The notes below the pieces were generated by a model. It did not search any database and was not told the origin of the DNA. It saw only the letters and a list, made by a program, of their open reading frames with translations. From positions 3,616,008 through 3,680,007 of the forward strand of contig NW_002060943.1 in NCBI RefSeq assembly GCF_000150275.1: a stretch of 64,000 nt of DNA, written 5' to 3'. Each line of letters starts with the position of its first letter. Within the stretch, counting starts at the first letter, position 1. Below, piece after piece: positions 50,541 through 64,000 of the stretch. The translations under genes and the position numbers were made by a program. This DNA is from Trichoplax adhaerens (lineage: Eukaryota > Animalia > Placozoa).

Positions 50541-51339
50541 GATCGTGATCACGTCGGACTTGTTGGCTTGACGTGCAAGATGAGTTCGTACTTGAAAATG
50601 GCGTCAATGGCAGTAGTGTGTACAGTCAACAATAACATCACGTCACTCTTGTAGGGGCCGGACGTGTGCGCAGTACAGTACACTGTACTGGACCACCGAT
50701 GGACAGATGGACTCTACTGCCTTGCACGCACTCTGCCGTAGGGTACTATACGCTATTCTACAAATCATACTGTACTGGACTGGGCCGGGTTACCGACGGA
50801 CAGATGGAAACGACTGCCTTGCACGCACTCTACAGTACTGTATCATGTCATATCCAGTACACTGTACTGTACTGTACATATTGGACTACTGTACACTGAA
50901 CTATCTGCTAGTCTACGAATCATACTATACTGTACACTATACACTGTACTAGACTGGGCTGGACCACCGACGGACAGATGGACCCGACTGTCTTGCACAC
51001 ACTCTACTGTATCATGTCATACAGTATCCAGTATTCCAGTACACTGTACTGTACATACTGGACTAAACTGAACTGTCTACAGTACTAGTCTACGAATCAT
51101 ACAGTACTGTACTGTACTGTACTGTACACTGTAATGGACCAGGTTGGACCACCGACGGACAGATGGATCCTACTGCCTTGCACGCACTCTACTGTATCAT
51201 GTCATATCCTGTACACTGTACTGTACATACTGGACTATACTGAACTGTCTGCCACTGTAACCGCGGCTGTATCGTCCACCACGCTTCACGTCAAAAGCAA
51301 ACCGTGTGCTCAGTTTTCCATTATTCTTAGTCAAGGAAG
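50541..51339. promoter_or_regulatory. Bidirectional promoter region between WDR45 and CPSF6
   Basis: Start codons are head-to-head 800 bp apart. TCACGTCA occurs at 50638-50645 and 51286-51293, and TGACGTGC at 50569. Confidence 0.55.
50675..51253 (+). repeat. Tandem repeat: one partial plus three ~170-185-bp units with ACTGT-rich linkers
   Basis: Core ggaccaccga(c/t)ggacagatgga....actg(c/t)cttgcac(g/a)cactct at about 50690, 50790, 50961 and 51145. Confidence 0.9.
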
Positions 51340-54300
51340 ATGGCGGACGGTGTCGATATTGACCTCTATCCAGAGGAGTTAGATCATGATTTAGAAGGGG
51401 TAAGTTAGCTTACTTCTAGTTCAATTCGCTTATTATAACAGCTAGTATGTGTTAGAATAGTTATTGTACCGCTATCAATCAGTGTATACCATCAAATGTA
51501 GGATTTTATTCTCAGAGAACAAGAGGAAAAAAATAAAGTACAAGCTGGTTTTTCCTTACAGTTCGCTTTAAACCTTTTCCCGCTCGAACTCATGCATTGA
51601 CTTTCATTGAATATTCTCCAGCTTTCTTCATTGCTTTGACCGTCTTTGCTTGTACAGATAAAGTAAAGTTAGAATTAGAACAGTATTGGATGTAGATAGT
51701 GTGGCGATAAAAAAACAGTAACCGTTCAACAGCTCTTTTTGGTGCATTGATTTTCCAGCGGATGACTTCAGCAACTCGTACAGTAGAATACTCATACAGG
51801 AACAGTAGGTAGAATACGGTGTAGGCTACTTTACCCAAAGCAATAGCTGTCTCTACTATTTATTTAGCGTTTAACTAGGCTTTGAAAAATAGCAAGAGAA
51901 AGAAAAAGCAGATTATGTGTAGTGATAATTTGCTCTTGTAATGTAGCAAGTCTTTAATTGTCTAATTAAAAAGAAATTCAACGATACGGTAGAGGACGTT
52001 CCGCCTTTCCTTTATTTCTCGCTCTGTCTACCCTTTCTTACCTTAATATCATACACCCCAGCATGACAACCATGCCAAATGATTCTACCTATGCAATCCT
52101 TCCAATTGCAAAATTGATTAGCATTCCTTGGATACCTTAATAGTGCACAAGATGCTACCAACGATAAACAATACGTAGATGCAATGCTAATAAGAGTCTT
52201 TCATGTCGGTAGGAATATGATGCTGAAGAAGATGAAGATATACAAGATGAGAACAACAATGGTGAAGATCTATATGACGACGTAATCGATGTATCCAAAT
52301 TAACCGAGGATGGTAAAAATACTACCGATGTTAGCCAACTCAATGATGATGCCCAAGCAGATAGAAATGAAGAAGAGGTTTGCTATCATCCTGTGTAAAA
52401 CCGTTGGGCTTACAGCGATTGATTTACCTTGCTGCTAATTGTTACTGTATAATATTGTATATATATATATTATTCGAAATCGTCATCATGCTGCTATCAT
52501 AAACGATTTCAACTCTCATGTTACGCATTTACTTTGCTATCTTCATAAAGAGAAAAGTATTTTTCACTACCGTACTTGCTATATACTGGATAACTTGAGA
52601 GTTTTCTTGTGCATACCTTCTTTTTGCCATTAGTCGTGTAAATTCGATTGCTTCTTCATAGATATTGATAATGAATGAATTATAAATTATTGAAGTAAAT
52701 CTGCACCAAAAAGTACTACGATGTTAACGATAATGCCTACCATTGGATCTTGAACATACGACCAGTAAAAATACGTCTTTTGCTAAAAATAAGCAAAATG
52801 TGATGTTATATATACTGTACAGTTGAATAACCTTTCCTTTATTTTTGATCTGATTTTTCGAAAATCTATCAACTGCAGTCTTTTATCGACTCTACTTGAA
52901 CAACGACTCATATAAAGTGATTTCGTGCCTATTTAGTTGTACTCAAACTCTTGCCTACTGTCATACTTTCTATGTTTCACATATATACTAGCATAATAAT
53001 GATACCCTTTCATCTTAACTGCCGTAACCGTTTATAAAATCAATTTATTTGTACTCTACACTGTGAGTCATGCGATAACATGATAGAGCAAATACGTGTT
53101 GAGATAGGCAGATATCTTGAATATCTAATTGCTCCTATTTGATCCTACATAACTTTGTTAAAACGAAGGAACATAATTAACAACAAAAACAAGGCTGATT
53201 AATATATTGATATTTCGAATTATAACTCATCATCAAAATAGTATTATTATTATTTTATTATAGCATTTTTTTAATGGTTGGATTTTTTGTTATGTAACGG
53301 GTTAAATGTTCGTTTCAAAATCTTGTTTTTTAATTTTTTAAATAATATTTTTATTACTATGGATGTTTTATATAATGATTTAAAACAAAATGCATCCCCT
53401 CAATTGATAAAACTGCTACATCTTGTGAACGACCGAAAAAGTAGACCAGTAAATTAATATCTTATCATGGCATGGTATCAATCTTGATGTCGTGCAAGAG
53501 GAGCGATTCACCAATTGGTAACATTACAGATCGAATTATCAGAAAATTGGGACATCATCGCCATAGCAATGAAAAATTTTGGCTATGGATTCTTCAATGA
53601 AAGTCACGTTGTATATAATTGTGCAGATTAATTATAATGACTATCATAATTATCTGTGATATCTTTCTATCCTTTGGTTGTAGTAGTTGCAGTACCATAC
53701 CTCATTGTAATCTTGCAAATATTTGTCTCGTACTTTTCATCTGCTTTTCAGTTTTTATTCGTTAAAGTAATTCGTACTGTGCCGTATCTATGCATATACT
53801 GTATACTGTACGATGGTTGATATGCTGCTTTTGAAATCGGTATTTACGACTTTACGTTTAGAATCAAGCATATTGCAATCCGAATGTCAGTTACTACAGT
53901 ATAGCCTTGCGCTAATTTAGTGAGACAGTGAATTGATCGTATACTGTACTGTACAGTGAACATATAATTCTGATAATTACACTACTGTCCGTAGGGGTAG
54001 GTAGATGACGTAGATGATGGCTAGCAACAGGATAGAGCGCACAAAGTACTCAGTTACGTAGTAGGGTTATACGTTACCAATGTTGCTTTAACTCAGTATA
54101 CTACTGAAATCCAATTTTGAAGGCGAGCAGAAAAATTTTGCATGGACATACAAAAGAAAGAGTAATTTACTAAATAACTACCGTAGTGGATCAATTTTTA
54201 ATTGAAATATGACGATGATTATTACTAGCATATTCATATTGCCCAATGGTATAAAGCGAATGATCGAAGCTAACATGCTGTATAGTATATTGCATTTACC

Positions 54301-57300
54301 GAGAAGACGTGCGATTTATTAAAAGTAAATTAGACAAGACTATATTACTATTTTCTTGTGGATGATTCAATGGAGGTTGCTTCGATTTCAGTGGACTTTT
54401 GGCCGAACCTTAAAAAGTTTAAGTTTGAGTGGATGGTTGTAAGTGATATGTAGCCGGTTTTTGACCAATAGGTATTTTTGCACGGATATCTTGTAATTTT
54501 TTCTATTTATTTATGCTCTGCTGAACACAAAGTTCAGTACTGCTGTGAGATTTGATAAAAAACGTATCCTATTTTGCTATAAACGATATTAATTATTAAA
54601 TGATATACAGTCTGATCGATATACCCTGATCATTTCATCGCGATGAATGTACGTGTATAGATGCGAGATCAGTACTAGGTGCTACAACCAAATACGCTTT
54701 AAAGATTACCTAATTAGTAGCTAGTGATAAAAGATTCATACGACAGGATCTACGTCGAGATGGGCACTATACATACAGTACTACTATCATGTTGCAGAGC
54801 CAACGCATGCCTAGCTCAACTGCAGAAGTCAGTATGAGAACACCTTCTAACATCAAATAGTGATTAGTAATGATTTTAAGCCAAGATAGTAATAATTCTA
54901 AAACATTCAAACATTGTTAGTTGCTATACTGTCACAAATAAAATAATATCAGTAAATCTGCTACTCAATTTATGTATAACATCAATAAACGGCATGCTCG
55001 TTGTTTCAAGTCTTTGATCTATATTGCAATAAAATATACTGTATGCAGTGTTATTAAATGTGATAATAATCGGATATGACTTGTATTTATGCTATTAGAA
55101 ATTAAAAATTAGCTAGAATATTCTAGGACTAAGATTGTAAGAGCATTACGATTTGCTGATTTTTATAAAATACAGTTACAAGGTGCTACACTATTTGGCA
55201 AGTATTGGTATTACTTTATATCATTATTCAGCCTTGTAAATAGTAAAATCTCTAATAGTAAATCACTTGCAAATTAACTTTTAATAGCCCTTTCGCTAAT
55301 CCTACTTATGTCTTGGTTGTTGTAACCGGTAGTTAATTTGATTTTCACGTATGTAAATCATTTATCGTACAGCATGTACAGTATTTAATATTCTTTTGTC
55401 AGCTTAAAAATAATACGTGACTTGCATTCATTGTATATCTATTGATGGAACTGACAGTAAACTATTTTTAGGTTCTTGGCTGTTTACAGATGTTGAATCA
55501 TTTCAAGGCTGGTTAACTACAAGTACATTGCGCTACACTTTAAATTTATTTATTACCCTTTTATGAATGATTAGAAGCGAGGTATTTTTGTATATTCATA
55601 TGAAATATTATGGTATAAAGTATCAAAGCTGTATCGGCCCTGATCGTATCAGCTTGATTATGCCAGATGCTCCGTTGAAGCCTATCGGAAAATAAAAGCT
55701 TGACGCAGACAGTTAAAATTTTCGTACCTATATCTTCAGATGAACGAAGATGAAAAAGTACTCGTATTAGTAAAATATCTATCTATAAATGGCCATTAGA
55801 ACGTACTTGCTAATTAAATGAGGATTGCCCTTTAAAATCCACCGTTATCTATTTCAGACCGATACAAATACACGTACTAGTGTACAAGAATGTGCACGTT
55901 TATGTTACTGACGACTTTGCCTTATGTAATCGGTGATTGATTAACTACAGAGAGACAGCAATGCATTTTGTTGCTGAAGTATTGCCACTTGACCGAGTCC
56001 GTAAAATATAATAGTACATGATTAGTTACAACGCACATTATCAGCCTATTCTCGAGTTTAGATAAGTATAAAACTGCCCTGTGTTCAGTATCATTCATGC
56101 ATACAACAGTAGTATTTAAATGAACGAATTATTTTGTTATAGCAATTTTGAATGTGCTATATCGTGCAGACACTGAATGATTGATAAAATGTGAATGAGT
56201 CAAGCAGGATGCTGTAGCAAATGATATATCAATTGAGGGGTTGCATATATAATTTTAAAATTGAACACCTGTAATACACAAATTTGATTTACATGTTTTT
56301 GAGATTGTGAACTTTATTCTCTTTTATGGCTTTGTAACTGTTCTACTGTATGTTAATAATTTGAGTTATATGCAATAAAATTTAATCTTATTTATTCTAA
56401 TTACTAGGAGAATCCAGAAAGTCCTGTAAAAATTACGCAAGGTATCGTTCACTTTCAGTCATAGCTATCATCAGCTTCTATTTACACCATCGAAATTAAA
56501 GTTCGAATTGCCCAGTAGTAACTTGATTAAATTAATTAACTAGAAGTAGATATTCACATTGAAACCCCATCCTCCGTTGTCACCCCATCTGGTAAAAAAG
56601 TTGCTTTATATTGTGGTAACTTAACTTGGGTAAGATTCATGTTAGTAAGATGTACGCGTATTTTTGAATGTAACGTAAACTTTAATATTACCACAAGATT
56701 ATCTAAAGATATACACAGCCTAAACATAACTCGATAGCAGTCTAAATTTTCTTTTCATTATGTAGTGGACGTCTGATGCGGACCTAGAGGAAGCTATTCA
56801 CGGTTTTGGTGTTGCAGATATGATGAGTATAAAATTTAGTGAAAATCGTGCAAATGGCCAATCGAAAGGGTAATTTTAAGGCATGAGGGCTATATTAACT
56901 TTATATTGTAACTATCAATGATATATTCTATTCTATTTATGCAGTTACTGCATTGTAGAAGTAGGATCAGGTGCATCTGCGCAAAAGATAATGGAAAATT
57001 TAACGAAGATGTAAGTTGTTATTTTAGAGGAAATTTTGATATAGAAGTTCTGATTTTGAATTTTTAATATTTTTAAAGGGAAATTCATGGCAATCGGCCG
57101 GTAGTGAATTATCATAAGGGTGGTGGCACGCAGCAATATGAAACTACTAATAGAAAAAGTAACAGTAAGCAAGAATATTTACATATTCTTTATCGAAATA
57201 TATCAGCACAATTTCGCAATCTTTTGACGATTAAATTACTATGAAACAAACCACGCTTTAGACCAGTCAAGTCATGGTAGCGGTTCAAGTGGGGTAAATA

Positions 57301-59197
57301 ATTCCAGACATAAACAGAGTTCTCAAAATGCTCCACAGCAGTCAAATATGAATCGTAATATGTCAAGAGGTAAGCATTAAACTAGCTAAAATCAATAATT
57401 CTATTCCACTTAATTTATTGTCCTCTGATAATGTTTGGGGTGCTATTACAGGCAATAACAGAAATAATCCAGTAAACAATCAACGTAGATATTCTCTGCA
57501 GCAGAATAATATGGGTCCTCCTGCAATTGCTCCGAGACATGCTCAGCCAAGTCTTATAAATATGCCACCGCCGGCACCGGCACCGGCACCTATTCGTAAC
57601 GTCATGGTACTATAAATAGAATGTATTATATGTAATATGTCAAGCACATATCGTAGCAGGAATAGTAATCTTTCGATGCGTATATTTCTGATGAATGTGC
57701 TTATTTTTTAATTCCATATACGTATATAGCCACCCATGTCTATTAATAATAATCCAATGGGCGGAAATATGCAACGTATGCCAAATGTAAGAGGTCCGCC
57801 ACCGGATTGGCAACAGCCACAACAGCCACAGCAGCAGCCACAACCACGCATGATGCAAAATGTTCATCATCCTCATTCAATGCAAGTGCCCAATCAGCAA
57901 CATCAACCAAGTAATTATATGATCCCAAAATTTTTACATAATGATTCTTTATTGTCACTAAAATGTATCACTCTTTTAGATAATTTCATGCCTGTAACAT
58001 CGAATGTCATGACACCAGGAATGCATGTCAATCCTGCATTCTTGCCCGCACAAGACGTTAGTTTCAGCGCTCTTTAATCTACTTCTGCTATATATTGTAG
58101 AAGGCTAAAGGCTTTTATTGTTATTTACAATTTTTGTTTTGATTAATATTTACGACCTTGCGCGTATTTTAGAATTTCATGCCGAAGCAAGCACCAATGC
58201 CTCAACCCAGGTAAATTTTTAAAGCAACATCATTAATTAATGATTTTCCAAAACGCTGTAAATAAACTAAAATCTGATATTCATTTAATCCTATATCTTC
58301 CTAGTCAAAGAATGGAAAATCCGCATGTTGTTCCCACATTTAATCGACAAGGTAATTTAAAATTTTTCTTGAAATTTTTATTGTATATTAAAATCGGTGA
58401 ACCAATTATCACTTAGGAAATGTTTGTTTTACTAATAAATCTGTTCTACACCTAGATAATGACGCTGTATACAATGAGATCTTGCAACGTAACCAAGAAA
58501 CTGCTCAAAAGGCTATTACAAGCGCTCTAGCGGATTCTAATGCAGGTAGAACAATAAGCAATACCTTCAAATATTCGGTTTAATGTAAGCTGTTAGCTTC
58601 GATGTAGTATAATGAAGATGTCTGGTTATTCAATTAGGTGATCGGAATGATGCCATTGAAACTTTGGTAACGGCCAGATCACTTATTAAAAGTTCTGTAG
58701 CTGCTAATGATGAAAGATCTAAAGTGAGTAAAGAGGATTCTAACATTGTCAAATCTCTGTAATCACGTATAAAACTTTACATAATTATTTGATATTAAAG
58801 GCGTTACTGGAAATGATACAAAGTTGTCTGAAAAACATTGAAGCAAAACAATCGGATTCCTCTAGGTATTATATTTGATATAACCTTTTAATATACGTAG
58901 AGACTCTATGGTAGAGTTATGCAGCGGACAATTGTACATGTATTATATTGCTATATTCTAAATAATGATGGGAATATCTTAAATCACGACAGTCGTAAGC
59001 ATCGTCGAGATCGTGATAGCGATCGTGACCGGGACCGGGACCACAGAGAACGAAGCCCAGACAGAGATTTTGGTGATAGTATGGATCGCTATGATGAAAG
59101 ACGTAGTCGACATCGACATCATCGTGATGGGAAACACGAACGAGACCACAGGAGTGATAAAGAACGTATTCGTAGTAGAGGGGACAAACGTCGATAA
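51340..59197 (+). CDS. CPSF6: Cleavage factor Im large subunit (CPSF6/CFIm68-like; single ancestor of CPSF6/7)
   Basis: Exons 51340-51399 (MADGVDIDLY), 52213-52377 (DLYDDVI), 56408-56441, 56544-56629 (ALYCGNLTW), 56766-56869 (WTSDADL..IKFSENRANGQSKG), 56945-57010, 57079-~57164, 57262-57369, 57452-57606, 57730-57910, 57980-58056 (MHVNPAF), 58173-58210, 58305-58351, 58456-58545 (EILQRN), 58638-58723 (AIETLVTARSLIKSS..DER), 58801-58865, 58993-59197 (RD/RE/RS tail). Exon edges in the low-complexity middle are less certain. Confidence 0.9.
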
Positions 59198-59425
59198 TGT
59201 ATAAAAGTAATATACAAGTAATATTTTTGATCGAACGAAAATCTAATAACATAACTGAGAACAGTTTTTGTGATAGCTTTTAAATATTATCAATGTCATA
59301 CCGATACCTTTGTTTTAGTTGTACAAAGAATTTGCTTTCATAACAAAATAGAATTTTGCTAGTTGTGTAGTTGGCTATGCAGTAGTGTAAAATTATATTT
59401 TCATTTTTGTTTAATATAATATTCA

Positions 59426-59431
59426 AATAAA
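59426..59431 (+). terminator. Candidate polyadenylation signal of CPSF6
   Basis: AATAAA about 230 nt after the stop, preceded by TGTA elements near 59199, 59320, 59366 and 59387. Confidence 0.4.
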
Positions 59432-60567
59432 AAGGAATCGAACTAATCTCATGAGTAATCGTTATGAAAATTACGCCAGTTCGTTCTAAGATTTATTTTA
59501 AGCGGGTTTAGAAGGTACAACTTACTGGTTATTAGATCCTCCTAGTCATCACACTTTAATTGGCTACAGTAGTAAATAATAAGGGTAGTAGTTAGTCCTG
59601 TAAGATGATATCATGATTCGTTAGTTTGTGATATAAGATAACATTTGCTCAAGACGTGCCATGGCGACATTAACATTTACCCATTACATATGCAATTAAA
59701 AAACACCCCTGAGTTTGTACCACTACTGCCACCATAAGATGATCATAATAACTTTGAAATAATAAGATAAAATCCACTCTCAAAGAAACATCTAGAGCAG
59801 CATTAAGCACCCTTTCATTTTATTAATATCAATAATTTAACAAGATCATCAATTTAAAGATCTGCAATAAACGATAAGTAAGCAAAATATCGCACAGATG
59901 ATACCTGTATTTGTAGAAATCATATTCTCATCTTATTTAATGGTTTACGAGAATATCAAATTTTCGAAATCTGGTCATGTAGAGATTCAAAATTTTCATA
60001 TATTTTAATTTATTCCATAGAAACTATAGATAACAATCACAATGTTCTAAGATTAACCTCAGTCGTGGTTATATAATATCAATTAAAATCTGCAAAGCGA
60101 TAGTGTAGCTTTCATTATAATTAGTAGAATTTTTAGGTATAAAATTTTTGTTTTTCGAAGCCGGCAGGACTCGTGAAATAAACCTTGCGGCTTACTGATA
60201 CGCATTGAGAAATTTTATTACATCATGCATCAAAAGATAAAATAGATTAAAGATTGAATGAATGTTACTATTTGCTAATCATAAATATTTTGTTATATCA
60301 GCGCAACGGTGGTGTTTTGAAAAGTAAAGTGAAGTAAATGTTCACATTAAAAAAATTTGATAAAAATGTAGACTAATTAGATGCAGGAAAATCGCTTTTG
60401 GAATTAAATAATGTTAGATATGGCTAAATCCATAAACATGTAGCACCATTCTTTGCCGTTAAAATTTTATTTCATAGATTCTTCAGGTACTCGCGGTTCC
60501 AGTAGAGCAAAATTTTTATTCTACTCGGCTAACTCGAGATTGAAAGTGAATAGAGCGCAATAGCGAA

Positions 60568-63303
60568 TTAGGAAGCCAGGCTGAGAAACAGGGCTTTCTT
60601 AGAATAATATTCATTGAAACGTGTAATACCATACCTATTGTTGATAAAATATTCATTTGGTAATGAAAGCATCAAATTATGTGCATAATAATTAAATTTA
60701 TATTGAGTATTAGAGCACTTACTGCAGAAAATCAAAATCAATAAGTGAATTTTTAGCTTGAATTAAGCTCCAAATTCCCCATAAATAGTGTGAGGCCTAA
60801 ATTGTACATGATTGTAAATTCATATTATTAGATTATAAACTAATCACTTGAATACAATTCAATAGCTTAAAAATAATGAGTACCAAAGCAAATTGGTTCA
60901 CTTGAACATAAAGCTGGTGAATTTGTGATTGTGTAATTGTCTCATCTTTACCTAATGAGAAAGTAAAACAATCTTGAATTTTAAGATCATTAAGTTTAAC
61001 TAGCTATTCAAGTTTGACTCAGAATGAAATTAAATTTCTTTGTAATTTGAAGTGCGATTACAGTCGAAATTGCTTATTGGAAGATGTAGTAGAAGTATTC
61101 TATCGCCAATAAGCGAATTGCTCTATCATGAAGTAATATTTTAAATTTCATTATTATTTTATGACTAGTGCAATACAAGGGTCACAATTTACCAGCAAGC
61201 TTAGCTCGTTCTTGCAAATAAATCGATAGCCATTGCAATTGAAATTCTTTTTGAGGATACCGATTGTAATCTACTTCATCGACACCTTTAACGTTAAAAT
61301 ACATATGGAATTACAACATCGCATACATCATGTTATTGTGTAGAGTCCAATACCTGAGCACTATTGTAAGTAGCGACTATTAATTTTCAATTATTTAATA
61401 TTATTTTACCTGCAAATTCACAGAAATGATCTGCAATGTCATAGGGTGCGTAGTTAAAGCCACCGTATTCGTAATCAATAAAAGTTACAGATTCTGAATA
61501 TTCAAAATAACGAAGTTAATTACATTCAGTATGTATTGCTATCTACATCAGCAAGCTTGATCAGTGAATTGAAAGGGTTTTACCATTTTGTTTATTGTAT
61601 ACGATATTTTGGCATAAGAGATCGTTATGGCAGTAAACGATGGGCGCATCATGCTTGAGTAAGACATCCTGAAGCATTTTTACCTCTTCGATTAGTGCAC
61701 TCTTGTTGGGACACTGCGTTTTAAACCTAGGATGTCAATATTTTAAGTTAGGTTAAGCAAATCAAATAAATAGAAGGAATCGAATATTACTATTTCGTAC
61801 AGTATACTGTAATTGTACGAGATAATTGTCGTATTTATCTACCGTCTACAAAGTCATCACAACGTTATCAAAAGCAATCTACGGTCTATCTAGCAGTTGT
61901 TTTTCAAACTTATATAGTACAGTGCCATGCTATGATATAACTGCTGTCTACTACTATAAATGACTACTCACTAGAGGCGGTATAACTGCAGTATACACTG
62001 TATACAGTCACAGAAGTAGATTTTCAGCAATAAATAGCACTGAAAACTGCCAAAATGGAGCATGAATTGCCAAGAAAGTTCTTGTATCATGCCCAAATTG
62101 TCAAGACGTTGTCGAACGTTATAGTTCATGACTGATTGTGCTTTCAGTCTAACTAATAGGCCGACATTGAATTAATAGTACTTGCACTAAACCCATACTA
62201 CGTATTGCGTATTTATAGTCAGATTAATTAGACTAAAACGGACTATGATATCATTTTTTTAATTTATATTTACGTTGGAATAAAGTATCGTCAGGATGTT
62301 TCGAATGTGCTAACAATCTTAGATTTTACTCTATTCTGTTGCAGTGCAGCCCGCAAAATAGCTTAATAGATTGATTGTAGAAAGTTACTAAGTGATATCG
62401 AAAATGTACGATGGACACTGTATGCGCGAGATTGTAGGTTAACTGGAATCTCAAGATTGTGTTAAGCGCATATCTGTGCTAAATTGTTACAGTAAATATT
62501 GTAGCTTTGATTAGGAATGTCTTATTAAGATGACCTAGTCAGTAATTATAGATCTAACCAGTTTATATAATAAAGTAAAGATTATAAGTTATCGAATTTC
62601 GATCATTTCTAATTTTAAGACATTTTATCACAACGGTAAACTGAATACTGTAGTATACAAATGTTGTGTGGTTAACTCAATCATGCCCTACCATTTTATC
62701 CTACATCTGTTACTTTTAACGCTGGATCACATCAGTCATATACGTATAATTGGCAGTACTGTAGAGTACTTACTTTTGATTCTTGATTGGATCATCAAAC
62801 GATTGAGGGACCAATGATAAGAATTTCTCCAAAGTATCAAATAATACAGGTTGGATGTCTTGATCTATGGTCGATATGTTGTGAATTTTGGCTACCTCTT
62901 TAGCGGTGAGCTGATAAACAGCAGCATCGGACATTTGCTGCCACTGTAATGGTTGGCCAACGACGAATCCATAACACAGACCGTTATTGAAAATAGCGTA
63001 CAATGGAGGAGCACAACCAGCATTATGTAATAGGAGCATATTATCAATTTCCTTTTGGCGATCAATGAATAATTCGGTCGATTGTCCATACACGCGAATT
63101 AATAGCATTTGATAAGATGTATTACTTTGCAAATTATATCCAATAATTTTATTGGTAATACCAGCAGTAAAAGGTTTAATTAGGATGTTTTCATCTTTCC
63201 ACTGGGGCCGAACTTGATGGATGATTTTCAACCCGCTTTCTTCAACATTATTAATATCGACGGTTAGATCGATTCGTACAGGAATTATTGCGTTTTCTCC
63301 CAT
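60568..63303 (-). CDS. ETNK1: Ethanolamine kinase (ETNK1/2-like)
   Basis: Exons 63303-62774 (FTAGITNK, LIRVYGQSTELFIDRQKE, PPLYAIFNNGLCYGF), 61726-61584 (Brenner motif VYCHNDLLCQNI), 61493-61410 (FIDYEYGGFNY..YDIADHFCEFAG), 61285-61193, 60951-60884 (VNQFAL), 60796-60723 (ASHYLWGIWSLIQA..IDFDFL), 60634-60568. The ORF-track start at 63363 is TTG; the first ATG is at 63303. Confidence 0.92.
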
Positions 63304-63547
63304 TGGATAGAGGCCAAGTTGGAGGGCACTAGTAAGATGAAAAAGTTTCAACGGCCAACGCAATAACCAGCTGTACTTATACCTATCGATGGTGTGGTTT
63401 ATATAAAACTGTATACATATACGACTAATCTGCAGCTAGGATTAGGGGCGTAGCTTACTATTATAAAACCGATATTGTACAATATACGCTATAGTAGTGT
63501 TTAGATTACATTAGTTTACATACTGTCTACGAGCAAATCAGTACTTT

Positions 63548-63875
63548 CCGAAGGTAGAAATCAGTGCTCAAGATCTCTCTACTGATGTCTACCATTAAGA
63601 CTGAACTGGAACAGAGGTTAGACCAGTTTTGTCCAATGGTAGAAATTAGTGCTCAAGATCTCTCTACTGATGTCTGCCTTTAAGACTGAACTGGAACAGA
63701 GGTTAAACCAGTTTTGTCCAAAGGTAGAAATTAGTGCTCAAGATCTCTCTACTGATGTCTGCCATTAAGATTGAACTGGAGCAGAGATTAGACCAGTATT
63801 GTCCAAAGGTAGAAATCAGTGCTCAAGATCTCTCTACTTAAGTCTGTTATTAAAACTGAACTGGAACAGAGCTTA
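63548..63875 (+). repeat. 85-bp minisatellite, about 3.9 near-identical copies, upstream of ETNK
   Basis: Units start at 63548, 63633, 63718 and 63803: cc.a.ggtagaaat.agtgctcaagatctctctactgatgtct...ttaaga.tgaactgga.caga..tta.accagt.ttgt. Confidence 0.95.
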
Positions 63876-64000
63876 ATCATTACCAATATCATTGTTGACA
63901 GGCCTGGCTACTATAAAATAGTCATGAAATTTTTATAATTGTCAACGATAAACTAACTCCATAATAACTCGAGCCAATACTGTAATCGCGTTCAGGTTAA

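Noticed and set aside
50675-51253. CRISPR-like repeat/spacer appearance (also 49528-50030 and 63548-63875)
   Set aside because: The inter-core sequences are homologous to each other rather than unique spacers, there are no cas genes, and the context is spliced eukaryotic genes.
50666-51838. ORFs 50666-50899, 50707-50952, 51134-51382 and 51590-51838
   Set aside because: They are translations of the tandem repeat, out-of-frame overlap with CPSF6 exon 1, or antisense intron sequence.
57640-59252. Antisense and alternate-frame ORFs over CPSF6 exons
   Set aside because: They are shadow frames of Gln/Pro-rich and Arg/Asp-rich low-complexity coding sequence.
3221-63303. Functional lysosome/autophagy gene cluster (NAGPA, WDR45, ETNK)
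   Set aside because: The genes are interspersed with unrelated ones and show no demonstrable shared regulation; chance linkage is sufficient.

Overview
This is AT-rich, intron-rich eukaryotic DNA. Gene content and compactness suggest a basal animal, possibly a placozoan such as Trichoplax (inference only). Spliced gene models were built by hand from GT/GC-AG boundaries and frame continuity. In order: the first coding exon of a kinesin-8 (KIF18-like, -); one 14-exon NAGPA-like gene (+) carrying two complete tandem phosphodiester-glycosidase plus EGF modules fused in frame; four secreted/membrane-anchored alpha-carbonic anhydrase loci (three intact, one pseudogene from tandem duplication plus deletion); an 11-exon WDR45/WIPI4 gene (-), almost absent from the ORF track, head-to-head with a 17-exon CPSF6-like gene (+); and a 7-exon ethanolamine kinase (-). 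Intergenic DNA holds short tandem arrays, a hAT-type MITE with an 8-bp target duplication, a Helitron-type 3' end, other MITE-like elements and strand-skewed relic blocks. The most unusual items are the double-domain uncovering enzyme, with asymmetric modules and an ambiguous C-terminus, and the CA subfamily lacking the near-invariant His of the GSEH motif. No CRISPR array, tRNA or rRNA was seen.
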